Shown here in pieces: positions 55,579-64,000 of a DNA stretch of 64,000 bases. Positions within the stretch are counted from its first letter, which is position 1, and the number at the start of each line of letters is the position of its first letter. Both the position numbers and the translations under genes were made by a program. Source of the stretch: an uncultured Candidatus Saccharibacteria bacterium. GTDB taxonomy: Bacteria > Patescibacteriota > Minisyncoccia > Minisyncoccales > GBS-2. Location: positions 2,263 to 66,262 of the forward strand of contig CAZQIO010000001.1 in assembly GCA_964593405.1 (NCBI GenBank). The letters are read 5' to 3'. The notes beneath the pieces were generated by a model, which saw only the letters and a program-made list of their open reading frames with translations, was not told the origin of the DNA and searched no databases.

Positions 55579-56997
55579 ATGAACAATTTAATGGAAAAAA
55601 TTATATCTTTAGCAAAAAGAAGGGGATTTGTTTTCCCATCTTCTGAGATTTATGGGGGAATTTCAGGATTTTATGATTTTGGACCTCTTGGGGTTGAAAT
55701 GAAAAATAACATAAAAAAACTTTGGTGGAAAAAAATAGTCAGAGAGAGAGATGATGTTGTGGGAATTGATTCATCGATAATTCAAAACCCAAAAGTTTGG
55801 CAGGCTTCTGGTCATGTGGAAAGGTTTTTTGACCTTTTGACAGAGTGTAAAAATTGTCACAAAAGGTTTAGGGCTGACCATTTGATTGAGGAAATGAGAA
55901 ATTCTGGAAAATTGGGTGAAATTGAAAAAGAAAAAGAAATAAAAGATATTTCAAAATTGATTGAAAAAATAAAATGCCCAGAATGCGGAGGAGAATTGGT
56001 TCCTCCAAGACAATTTAATTTGATGCTCAAAACTTTTGTCGGGCCGGTTGAAGAGGAAAGTTCAATTTCTTTTTTGCGACCAGAGACAGCTCAAGGCATT
56101 TTTATTAATTTCAAAAACATAATGGAAACTCAAAGAAAAAAAATTCCCTTTGGTATAGCCCAAATCGGAAAAGCCTTTAGAAACGAAATCACTCCTAGAA
56201 ATTTTCTCTACAGAGTTAGGGAATTTGAGCAAATGGAGTTGGAATTTTTTGTCAAACCAGGGGAAGATGAAAAATGGTTTGAATATTGGGTAAAAGAGAG
56301 GTTCAATTGGTACATTAATGTTTTAGGAATTAAAAAGGAGAATTTAAGAATCAGAGAACACAAAAAAGAGGAATTAGCCCATTATGCAAAAGCCTGCGTT
56401 GATATCGAATACAAATTTCCCTTTGGTTGGGGAGAAATTGAAGGAATTGCAAACAGGACAGATTACGATTTAAAGAAGCACCAGGAATTTTCAGGACAGA
56501 ACCTTTCTGTTTTCGATGAAAAAGAAAATAAAAAATATTTGCCCTATGTGATTGAGCCTTCTTGCGGAGTAGAAAGAATATTTTTCGCTTTGTTGTGCGA
56601 TGCTTTCGAAGAAATTCCTGGAGGAAGGACAAAAACAACAAAGCCAACAAAGGAGGTTGAAATTTTACTCAAACTTGATAAAAAAGTTGCCCCAGTTAAG
56701 GTTGGAATTTTACCTTTAATCAGAACAAAAAAAGAATTGGTTCAAAAAGCTAGGGAAATTTATGAAAAGCTCAAACCCCATTTCAATTGCGTTTTTGACG
56801 AGGTTGGCTCTATCGGAAGAAGATATAGAAGATTAGATGAGATTGGATGCCCCTTTGCAATTACTGTTGACTTTGAGAGTTTAGAAAAAGAAGATGTAAC
56901 AATTAGAGAAAGAGACAGCATGGAACAAGAAAGGGTGAAAATAAAAGATTTGTTAAAAGTATTAAAAGAAAAACTTGAATTAGAAGATGATGTTTAA
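55579..56997 (+). CDS. glyQS: glycyl-tRNA synthetase (alpha2, archaeal/eukaryotic type)
   Basis: Class II motifs FRNEITPRNFLYRVREFEQMELEFF (motif 2) and SCGVERIF (motif 3), plus an anticodon-binding C-terminus. Confidence 0.85.
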   Translation: MNNLMEKIISLAKRRGFVFPSSEIYGGISGFYDFGPLGVEMKNNIKKLWWKKIVRERDDVVGIDSSIIQNPKVWQASGHVERFFDLLTECKNCHKRFRADHLIEEMRNSGKLGEIEKEKEIKDISKLIEKIKCPECGGELVPPRQFNLMLKTFVGPVEEESSISFLRPETAQGIFINFKNIMETQRKKIPFGIAQIGKAFRNEITPRNFLYRVREFEQMELEFFVKPGEDEKWFEYWVKERFNWYINVLGIKKENLRIREHKKEELAHYAKACVDIEYKFPFGWGEIEGIANRTDYDLKKHQEFSGQNLSVFDEKENKKYLPYVIEPSCGVERIFFALLCDAFEEIPGGRTKTTKPTKEVEILLKLDKKVAPVKVGILPLIRTKKELVQKAREIYEKLKPHFNCVFDEVGSIGRRYRRLDEIGCPFAITVDFESLEKEDVTIRERDSMEQERVKIKDLLKVLKEKLELEDDV

Positions 56998-58255
56998 AAA
57001 AGTTGTACTAAAAAATGGGTTAAGAATTCTTACTGTTCCTCAAAAAACAACGAGGGCGGTTACTGTTTTGGTTTTGGTTGGTAGCGGTTCCAAATATGAA
57101 GAAAAAGAAAAAAGCGGAATTTCTCACTTTTTAGAACACATGTTTTTCAAAGGAACAAAAAAAAGACCAAGCTCTCTGGCCATTGCCGAAACTCTAGACA
57201 AAGTTGGGGGCATTTACAATGGCTTTACCTCAAAAGATTATACTGGCTATTTTGCAAAAGTAGCAAAAGAACATTTTGAACTGGCCTTAGATTGGGTGGC
57301 AGACATTTTTTTAAATTCTATTTTGCCAGAAAAAGAGATTGAAAAAGAAAGAGGAGTGATCATTGAAGAAATTAACATGAGAAAAGATCATCCAATAGAA
57401 CACGTTCAAACACTTTGGCATCAACTACTGTACGGAGATCAACCTGCCGGATGGGACATTGCCGGAAGCGTCGAAACTGTTTCAAAAATTACTCGGCAAG
57501 ATCTAATTAAATTTAGAGAAAAACATTACATTGCCAAAAATACAATAGTTTGTTTGGCTGGGAATTTTGATCAAAAAACTGGAATTGAAAAAGTGAAAAA
57601 ATATTTTTCAAAAATTAAAGAAGGCAAATTGCCACAAAAACCAAAAGTTATTGAAAAACAAAACTCGCCAGCTTTTTTAATTGAGGAAAGAAAAACTGAT
57701 CAAACCCATCTTTGTCTGGGAGTGAGAACTTTTAATTTGTTTCATCCCTCAAGGTACGCCCAAGAAATTTTAGCTTTGGTTTTGGGGGGAATGATGAGTT
57801 CAAGGCTTTTTGAAACAATAAGGACAAAATTAGGCATTGCTTATTATGTAGACACCGAAGTCTATTTGGACCCAGACAGTGGTTATTTAGTGACAAGAGC
57901 AGGTTTGGATAATGAAAAAGTTTTAACAGGCATTTTAGCGATTTTAAAAGAGTACAAAAAAATAAAAAAAGAAGGAATTTCAAAAGGAGAATTGAAAAAG
58001 GCGAAAGATTGCCTAAAGGGCAAAATGACTCTCCTTTTGGAATCTTCAGACGCTCTTGCTTCTTTCTATGCCAGCCAGGAGGTTTTGGAAAAGAAAATTT
58101 TATCTCCAGAACAAATTTTTGAAAAAATTGAAAAAGTTTCTCAAAAAGACATTTTGAAATTGGCCAGAGAAATTTTCAGACCAGAAAGATTAAACCTGGC
58201 AATGATTGGTCAATTTGATTCGAAAAAAACTTTAAAGAAAATTTTAAAGATATGA
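56987..58255 (+). CDS. M16-family (pitrilysin-like) zinc peptidase
   Basis: Inverted zincin HFLEHMFFKGT (HxxEH) motif. Start overlaps the glyQS stop (ATGATGTTTAA). Confidence 0.75.
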   Translation: MMFKKVVLKNGLRILTVPQKTTRAVTVLVLVGSGSKYEEKEKSGISHFLEHMFFKGTKKRPSSLAIAETLDKVGGIYNGFTSKDYTGYFAKVAKEHFELALDWVADIFLNSILPEKEIEKERGVIIEEINMRKDHPIEHVQTLWHQLLYGDQPAGWDIAGSVETVSKITRQDLIKFREKHYIAKNTIVCLAGNFDQKTGIEKVKKYFSKIKEGKLPQKPKVIEKQNSPAFLIEERKTDQTHLCLGVRTFNLFHPSRYAQEILALVLGGMMSSRLFETIRTKLGIAYYVDTEVYLDPDSGYLVTRAGLDNEKVLTGILAILKEYKKIKKEGISKGELKKAKDCLKGKMTLLLESSDALASFYASQEVLEKKILSPEQIFEKIEKVSQKDILKLAREIFRPERLNLAMIGQFDSKKTLKKILKI

Positions 58256-59259
58256 AAGAGAAAAATTTTTTAGATCTTTCATGGAGTTCAATTTTCAAAA
58301 TAGTTGTTACCCTTTTTTTCATTTTTGTCGTTTATAAAATTCAAGAAATTTTAATGCTTGTTATCTTTTCTTTGATCATTTTTCTTTTGTTTGAACCAGC
58401 CATCAATTTTCTAGAAGAAAAAAAGATAAAGAGAGCAATTTCTGTCCCCTTACTTTATTTTTCTTTCTTTTTGATTTTGGGGACATTGACGTTTTTCTTT
58501 TCAGCCCCGATTGTTGGAGAGTTTGATAAATTTGCCAAACGGATCCCAGAACATTTTGAGAAAATTTCCCCTTTTTTTCAAAGACTGGGTATTGAAGCCT
58601 TTGAAAGTTTTGAAAGCTTTACCAAATCTTTCCAAGAATGGTTAATTAGGGCCTCAAGCAGTATTTTCTCTGCCATTTCGGCAATTTTTGGGGGAATATT
58701 TTCCACATTGACCATTTTTTCTTTTTCTTTCTTTTTGTCCCTCGAAGGAAAAGAAATCGAAAAATTAGTGGCCCTTTTTTTGCCCAAAGAAAAACAAGAA
58801 AAAGTTTTAAAGATTTTAAAAAGTTGTCAAGAAAAAGTATCCTTTTGGTTTGCCATTAGGCTTTTGGGTTGTTTTTTTGTCGGGCTTTTCACTTTTTTCA
58901 CTTTGAAGGTTTTAAACATTGAGTATTCCTTTTCTCTTAGTGTTCTGAGTGGAGTTTTAAATTTAATACCGATTCTAGGGCCGATTTTCGCCGCTGCTTT
59001 CGTTGCCATTTTTGTCAGTATAAATTCTTTTTCGAAGGCCATTTTCTTTTTAGTTGCTTTTGTTTTGATTCAACAAATTGAGGGAAATTTTTTAACTCCT
59101 CTCTTTACCAACAAATTGATTAAAATGTCTCCCTTTTTAGTTTTATTTTCCATTTTGGTAGGAGCTAAACTTTTTGGTTTTTGGGGATCGATTTTGGCCA
59201 TTCCCTTGGGTGCAATTTTTTTGGAGTTTTTGAAAGAGTTTTTTGGTAAAGAAAGTTAA
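58252..59259 (+). CDS. AI-2E family transporter (PerM/UPF0118)
   Basis: 8-TM topology with the conserved C-terminal ...GAIFLEFLK region. Confidence 0.55.
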   Translation: MKEKNFLDLSWSSIFKIVVTLFFIFVVYKIQEILMLVIFSLIIFLLFEPAINFLEEKKIKRAISVPLLYFSFFLILGTLTFFFSAPIVGEFDKFAKRIPEHFEKISPFFQRLGIEAFESFESFTKSFQEWLIRASSSIFSAISAIFGGIFSTLTIFSFSFFLSLEGKEIEKLVALFLPKEKQEKVLKILKSCQEKVSFWFAIRLLGCFFVGLFTFFTLKVLNIEYSFSLSVLSGVLNLIPILGPIFAAAFVAIFVSINSFSKAIFFLVAFVLIQQIEGNFLTPLFTNKLIKMSPFLVLFSILVGAKLFGFWGSILAIPLGAIFLEFLKEFFGKES

Positions 59260-59963
59260 TGGGAATTTTGTATGTAGTCGCTACACCAATTGGTAATTTA
59301 AAAGACATCACCCTCAGAGCCCTGGAAGTTTTGAGGTCAGTCGATTTGATATTGACTGAAGACACAAGAGTAGCCAAAAAACTTTTAGATCATTATGGAA
59401 TAAAAAAACCTCTTTTAAGTTATCATCAACACTCAAAATTAGAAAGAATTAACGAAATTGTTCAACTTTTGCGATCTGGGAAAAATTTAGCTTTAATTTC
59501 TGATGCGGGAACTCCCGGTATTTCCGATCCCGGGGGGAAACTAATAGAAAAACTAAAGGAAAATCTAAAAGAAATTAAAATTGTACCCATTCCTGGACCC
59601 TCTGCTATTGTTGCCGCAGCTTCCGTTTCTGGTTTTCCAATGGACAGGTTTTTATTTTTAGGTTTTTGCCCAAAAAAGAAAAAAAGAAAAAAATTTTTCA
59701 ATGAGGTTTTGAGTTCAAAATATCCAGTTATCTTTTACGAATCTCCCCACCGTCTCATTAAAACTTTAACAGAGCTTTCTTCAATGGCCAAAATTCTTAA
59801 TTTGCGAGTAAAAATTGTAATAGCAAAGGAATTAACAAAAAAGTTTGAAACAATTTTCAGGGGAGAAATTGAAAAGGTGATTGAGCAGCTTCAAAAAGAA
59901 AAAATAAAAGGGGAATTTGTTTTAATAGTTAAGACCGAATCAAATTTGCTTAAAAAACATTGA
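59259..59963 (+). CDS. rsmI: 16S rRNA (cytidine1402-2'-O)-methyltransferase
   Basis: GILYVVATPIGNLKDITLRALEVL...ILTEDTR...ISDAGTPGISDPG tetrapyrrole-methylase-like fold. Confidence 0.8.
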   Translation: MGILYVVATPIGNLKDITLRALEVLRSVDLILTEDTRVAKKLLDHYGIKKPLLSYHQHSKLERINEIVQLLRSGKNLALISDAGTPGISDPGGKLIEKLKENLKEIKIVPIPGPSAIVAAASVSGFPMDRFLFLGFCPKKKKRKKFFNEVLSSKYPVIFYESPHRLIKTLTELSSMAKILNLRVKIVIAKELTKKFETIFRGEIEKVIEQLQKEKIKGEFVLIVKTESNLLKKH

Positions 59964-60617
59964 TTGGTTAAGATAAGTAGTATGGGTTTTCAAAATCTAG
60001 AAAATTTTTCTTTTTCTTTTTTGTTGGCAAACTTTGTTTTGCTTTTTGGAATTTTAGTGGCAAAAATTTTTGAGAGAATATCTTTGAGATTTTTAGAGAA
60101 AATTAAATTAGACCAAATACTAAAGAGAATAGGCTGGAAAGAGGCCACAGAGAGTATTGGGGCAGAAATTTCGCTTCAAAATTTTATCTCCCAATTGGTT
60201 AAGTGGTTTTTTATTTTTTTATTTTTGATGGCCTTTTTTGAGATTTTGCAACTAGAAAAAGTTAGCGAATTTTTCGAGACGATCGTTCGTTACTATCCGA
60301 ACATTTTCATTTCAGTAGTTATTTTTTTGACAGTAGTTTATTTGGTTGATTTTTCAAGAAAAATTTTTGTTGCCTCTTTTGACAAAGAAAAAATTGTTTA
60401 CTCTCCTTTGGTTGGGAAGGGTCTTTCTTTCTTCATTTGGATTTTGACAATTTTGGCAATTTTGTACCAGTTGAAGATCGTTCCAGAGTTAATTTTGGTA
60501 ACATTTGTTGGACTAGTTGGAATGATTTCTTTGGCCGTTGGAATTTCTTTTGGCCTGGGCGGAAAAGATTTTGCCTCAAAATTTTTAAGAGAATTACAAG
60601 AAAAACTCAAAAAATAA
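59964..60617 (+). CDS. membrane protein with conserved TM-helix repeats (MscS-associated type), hypothetical
   Basis: About five TM helices. No enzymatic motif. Confidence 0.35.
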   Translation: MVKISSMGFQNLENFSFSFLLANFVLLFGILVAKIFERISLRFLEKIKLDQILKRIGWKEATESIGAEISLQNFISQLVKWFFIFLFLMAFFEILQLEKVSEFFETIVRYYPNIFISVVIFLTVVYLVDFSRKIFVASFDKEKIVYSPLVGKGLSFFIWILTILAILYQLKIVPELILVTFVGLVGMISLAVGISFGLGGKDFASKFLRELQEKLKK

Positions 60618-60619
60618 AC

Positions 60620-62407
60620 ATGGAGTACTTACATAAAGAGGATTTCAAAAGAATGATTTTACTTTCTTTTGAAACTATAGAAAGAGAAAAAGAGACGATA
60701 AACAGAATTAATGTTTTCCCAGTTCCTGACCAAGATACTGGAACAAATTTGGCTGCCACTTTAAGAGGAATGAAAGAAGCTGTAGAAAAGGCAGAATTTC
60801 AGACTTTAGAAAAACTTTCCAGGGCAGCCCTTGAAGGAGCTTTAACAAATGCTCAGGGTAATGCGGGAGTAATTTTTACTGGTTTTTTAGCTGGTTTTTT
60901 GTCTAAGTTTGATAAAAACCCAATTGATGCAAAAAAGTTAGCAGAAGCCTTTGAAGAAGGAAGAAAAAGTGCTCAAAATTCAATTTTAAAACCAAAAGAA
61001 GGGACAATTTTAGATGTAATAGAAGCTACAGCAAAAACTTTTCAAAAAGAGGCAGAAAGAGAGAAAAATATTGTAAAAATTTTTGAAAAAGCGATCGAAG
61101 CAGCAAAAGAAGCTCTTTTGCAAACTAGGGAAAAGCTTGAAATTTTAAAAAGAGCAAACGTTGTCGATGCTGGAGGGCTTGGGTTTTTAATGATTTTGGA
61201 AAGTTATTTGGAGGCACTGCGACCAACAAAAAAAATGGAAAAGGAAAAAGAAAGTTCGGTTCATGAGGTGAAAAAATTTATTCAAGTTTTAAAGAATAGA
61301 TACGAAATAGTTTCTTTGATTTTAAACCCAAAAATTGAGCAAGAAAGGATAAAAGAAAAATTAAAAAAATTTGGCAATTGCATAGACATTGTTTTAGTGG
61401 GTGAAAAAATGAAAATTCACATTCATACAGATTGGCCAGAAGAAGTTAGGGAAGTTTTAAAAACAATTGGAAAGATTGAAGATTTGAGGATCGAAGATAT
61501 GACAAAAGAAGTTAGTGGTGAACCATCTCTTAAAAAAGTTTCGATCGGAATTGTTACAGAGGATGTAGCCTGCCTTTTGCCAAAAATTTTAGAAAGATAT
61601 AATATTGAGTTGGCGCAAACAAAATTTGATTGGCCAGAATTGGAAAAGATTCCTGGAGAGAATATTTATCAAAAAATAAAAAAAGCCTATGAGATTGGAA
61701 TTGAAACAAGACCAAAAACTTCTCAGGCCACCCCAAAATCTTATCTCGATGCTTTTAAAAAGCAACTTCAAAGGTTTGACAAAGTTTTGTGTGTTACTGT
61801 GAGTTCAAAAATTTCTGGTTGCTACAATTCAGCCTGCCAAGCAAAAGAGATGCTGTTAGAGAGTGAAAAAGAAAGAGTTTTTATTTTAGACTCTTTGAAT
61901 GCGGCAGCAGGTCAAGCCCTCTTGATTTTAAGAGCGATTGAATTAATTCAAGAGCAAAGGGAAATGCCAGAAATTTTAGACGCCCTTAAAAGGTTAATTC
62001 CTCAAACCCACACCTACATTATTTTCGCAGACCCAAAAGGACCAGAATTTATTGGGAGAATCACTAAAAGTCAGGCAAACTGGATTAGAAGAATGAAAAA
62101 ATTGGGAATTCATCCCTTGATGGAATTTAAAAAAGGAGTGCTTAAAAAAGGGGGGATGATTTTTGCCAAAGACGAGCCAGAGGCAATTTTCAAAAAAATT
62201 TTAAAAGAAAGTAAAAAAGAGAGAAAATTAGGGAAAAAAATCAGAATTGTCATCAATCACGCCGATAATCTTGAGGGCGCAAAAAAATTAAAGGAAATGT
62301 TAAAGAAAATTGGGGCCGAAGTTTCTTTCATTTCAGAGGGATCACCGATAATTTGTGCGGTAACTGGTCCTGGAACTTTAATTGCCGGCTGGCAAGCGAT
62401 TGAATAA
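60620..62407 (+). CDS. DAK2 (DhaL-like) domain + DegV-like domain fusion protein (YloV-like)
   Basis: PVPDQDTGTNLAATLRG (DAK2 DxDTGTN) N-domain. C-terminal SIGIVTEDVACLLP...CVTVSSKISGCYNSA DegV-like domain. Start at the ATG MEYLHKEDF. Confidence 0.6.
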   Translation: MEYLHKEDFKRMILLSFETIEREKETINRINVFPVPDQDTGTNLAATLRGMKEAVEKAEFQTLEKLSRAALEGALTNAQGNAGVIFTGFLAGFLSKFDKNPIDAKKLAEAFEEGRKSAQNSILKPKEGTILDVIEATAKTFQKEAEREKNIVKIFEKAIEAAKEALLQTREKLEILKRANVVDAGGLGFLMILESYLEALRPTKKMEKEKESSVHEVKKFIQVLKNRYEIVSLILNPKIEQERIKEKLKKFGNCIDIVLVGEKMKIHIHTDWPEEVREVLKTIGKIEDLRIEDMTKEVSGEPSLKKVSIGIVTEDVACLLPKILERYNIELAQTKFDWPELEKIPGENIYQKIKKAYEIGIETRPKTSQATPKSYLDAFKKQLQRFDKVLCVTVSSKISGCYNSACQAKEMLLESEKERVFILDSLNAAAGQALLILRAIELIQEQREMPEILDALKRLIPQTHTYIIFADPKGPEFIGRITKSQANWIRRMKKLGIHPLMEFKKGVLKKGGMIFAKDEPEAIFKKILKESKKERKLGKKIRIVINHADNLEGAKKLKEMLKKIGAEVSFISEGSPIICAVTGPGTLIAGWQAIE

Positions 62408-62408
62408 G

Positions 62409-63275
62409 ATGAAAACAAAACAAAAAATCGGAATAGTGGCTGATGAAGGAGGGGATTTACCAAAAGAATTGATTGAAAAGCATCGAATCTCGATCGTTCC
62501 TTTTAAAGTTGATTTGGGCCAAATGGAAAATTTACCAGGAAGCATTTTTCAAAAAATCAGGGAGGCAGAAAAAAGAGGTTTGAAAAGTTTTGTTAAAACT
62601 TCCCAGCCATCGCCCGGAGATTTTTTAAATGCCTTTAGAGAAAAACTAAAGGAATTTGAAGAAATAATTTGCATTACTGTTACCTCAAAGCATTCAGGGA
62701 CTTTCAATTCTGCTTTGCAGGTTAAAAATTTTTTGGCAGAAAGAGAAAGAATTCATGTTGTAGATTCAATGAGCGTTTCTGGGGGAGAGGGTTTGATCAT
62801 TTTAAAAGCGATAGAATTAATTTCGCAAGGTTTGAAAACAAGAGAGATTTTGGATAAATTGAAAGATTGCATTTTAAAGACAAACCTCATTTTTTTACTC
62901 AAAGACCCAAAATGGTTAGAAAATTCAGGGAGAATTCCAAAGGTTTTGGGTGCTTTTTTGAGAAAAATGCAAAATTTAGGTTTCCATCCAATCTTGGGTG
63001 TAAAAAGAGGAAGGGTGGTGCCTGTTGGAGTTAAAAAAGGAATAGAAGATATGGCCAGCGCCCTTTTTGATGAACTAAAAAAGAAAATTTCAGAGAGAGA
63101 AAAAATTAGCGTTGCCATAACTCACGCCGACAATGAATTTGAGGCAAAAAAATTGGAAAATTTAGTAAAAGGTCTAAAAAATTGTGAAATTAAGTTTTTA
63201 AACATCATCGGAGAAATAGTCGGTGGGCTTTCTGGTCCTGGAGCAGTTGCTCTAGCTTGGCAAACATGCACGTAG
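62409..63275 (+). CDS. DegV-family fatty-acid-binding protein
   Basis: KIGIVADEGGDLP...ICITVTSKHSGTFNSA...KGRVVPVG signature. Start at the ATG MKTKQKIG. Confidence 0.7.
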   Translation: MKTKQKIGIVADEGGDLPKELIEKHRISIVPFKVDLGQMENLPGSIFQKIREAEKRGLKSFVKTSQPSPGDFLNAFREKLKEFEEIICITVTSKHSGTFNSALQVKNFLAERERIHVVDSMSVSGGEGLIILKAIELISQGLKTREILDKLKDCILKTNLIFLLKDPKWLENSGRIPKVLGAFLRKMQNLGFHPILGVKRGRVVPVGVKKGIEDMASALFDELKKKISEREKISVAITHADNEFEAKKLENLVKGLKNCEIKFLNIIGEIVGGLSGPGAVALAWQTCT

Positions 63276-63952
63276 CTTTAATTCCAGACGGAAATAGAAG
63301 ATGGGCAAAAAGAAAAAATTTACCCCCTTGGCAAGGACATATTGAGGGAGCGAAAACTTTAGAAAAAATTTTAGAGAAAGCCTGGGAAATGAAAATTCCT
63401 TATTTTACTTTTTGGGGATCTTCCCTAGATAATTTAACAAAAAGACCAAAAAAAGAAGTTTCGGTTTTATTTTCGCTCTATCAACGATATTTTTCAAAGC
63501 TTTTGAAAGAAAAAAGAATTTTCAAAGAGAAAGTCAAAGTTTCTGTTTTGGGAAGGTGGAAAGAGATTTTGCCAAAGAAAGTAAAAGAAATAATTTTTAA
63601 GCTTGTACAAAAAACAAAAAATCATGATCAATACTTTTTAACTTTTTTGATCGGTTACAATGGCACTGACGAAATGCTGGAGGCAATGAAAAAAATCGCA
63701 AAAAAAGGAATTAAAAAAATTGATGAAAAAATTTTGTTGGAAAATTTGTGGACAGGTTTTTTGCCTCCGGTTGATTTGGTAATTAGAACAGGATGTGAAA
63801 GAGACCCCCACAATTCTGCTGGTTTTATGATGTGGCAGACAGCCTATTCTCAGTTTTATTTCACAAAAACTTTATTTCCAGATTTTTCGCCAGAGGAATT
63901 TGAAAGGGCAATTAAAGATTTTGAAAAAAGAGAAAGAAGGTTTGGGGCTTGA
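63257..63952 (+). CDS. uppS: isoprenyl transferase (undecaprenyl-diphosphate synthase-like)
   Basis: HVALIPDGNRRWAKR, FWGSSLDN, and a C-terminal RERRFG. Confidence 0.85.
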   Translation: MANMHVALIPDGNRRWAKRKNLPPWQGHIEGAKTLEKILEKAWEMKIPYFTFWGSSLDNLTKRPKKEVSVLFSLYQRYFSKLLKEKRIFKEKVKVSVLGRWKEILPKKVKEIIFKLVQKTKNHDQYFLTFLIGYNGTDEMLEAMKKIAKKGIKKIDEKILLENLWTGFLPPVDLVIRTGCERDPHNSAGFMMWQTAYSQFYFTKTLFPDFSPEEFERAIKDFEKRERRFGA

Positions 63953-64000
63953 AAGTAAAAGCATGAAAAAAATTAGTTTGATAGCCGGAGAAACTGCTTC

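Noticed and set aside
1-64000. CRISPR arrays, rRNA genes, insertion sequences with terminal inverted repeats
   Set aside because: I scanned by eye for regularly spaced short direct repeats, rRNA-like conserved blocks and transposase motifs (DDE, HUH) and found none. The only recombinase is the tyrosine integrase remnant.

Overview
This ~64 kb window is AT-rich and gene-dense, with tightly packed, often 1-4 nt overlapping genes. It looks like a small-genome bacterium, possibly Patescibacteria/CPR-like; that placement is inference from content. Bacterial hallmarks include rplT-rpmI-infC, smpB plus tmRNA, murA, greA and recO. Archaeal-flavoured enzymes are also present: an Elp3 radical-SAM/GNAT protein, a Trm9-like methyltransferase, Endonuclease Q, UDG family 4, an archaeal-type GlmM/GlmU, alpha2-type GlyRS and HPS-like paralogs.

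The core content is four aminoacyl-tRNA synthetases (LeuRS, ArgRS, IleRS, GlyRS) and a UDP-GlcNAc/peptidoglycan-precursor cluster (glmS, iorAB, murA, glmM, glmU-like, sugar kinase). There are three tRNAs: Arg-CCG, Leu-UAG and Leu-CAA. There is a short tmRNA next to smpB and a candidate SRP-like ncRNA with its own promoter and terminator. Repair genes (PolX, TatD, NUDIX, RecO) and several tandem gene duplications complete the core.

The accessory part spans about 27.06-41.04 kb. Three direct copies of the promoter-proximal 5' end of a yjbQ-like gene delimit two inserted segments. The first is a radical-SAM/SPASM plus PAP2 two-gene cassette. The second is a ~12 kb island of visibly higher G+C, read by eye rather than computed.

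That island holds a decayed S1 protease and a decayed tyrosine integrase abutting a lone tRNA 3' fragment. The integrase has one in-frame TGA and one frameshift. It also holds a four-gene operon (membrane protein, FtsK/HerA/VirD4-like ATPase, wHTH plus PD-(D/E)xK nuclease, Zn-ribbon membrane protein) and a phosphotransfer/adenylation cluster. I flag these two modules as candidate undescribed systems.

The single most unusual core feature is an IleRS carrying a ~200-aa histidine-phosphatase (PGM-like, RHG motif) domain inserted between its zinc-knuckle CxxC pairs. I found no CRISPR array and no rRNA.
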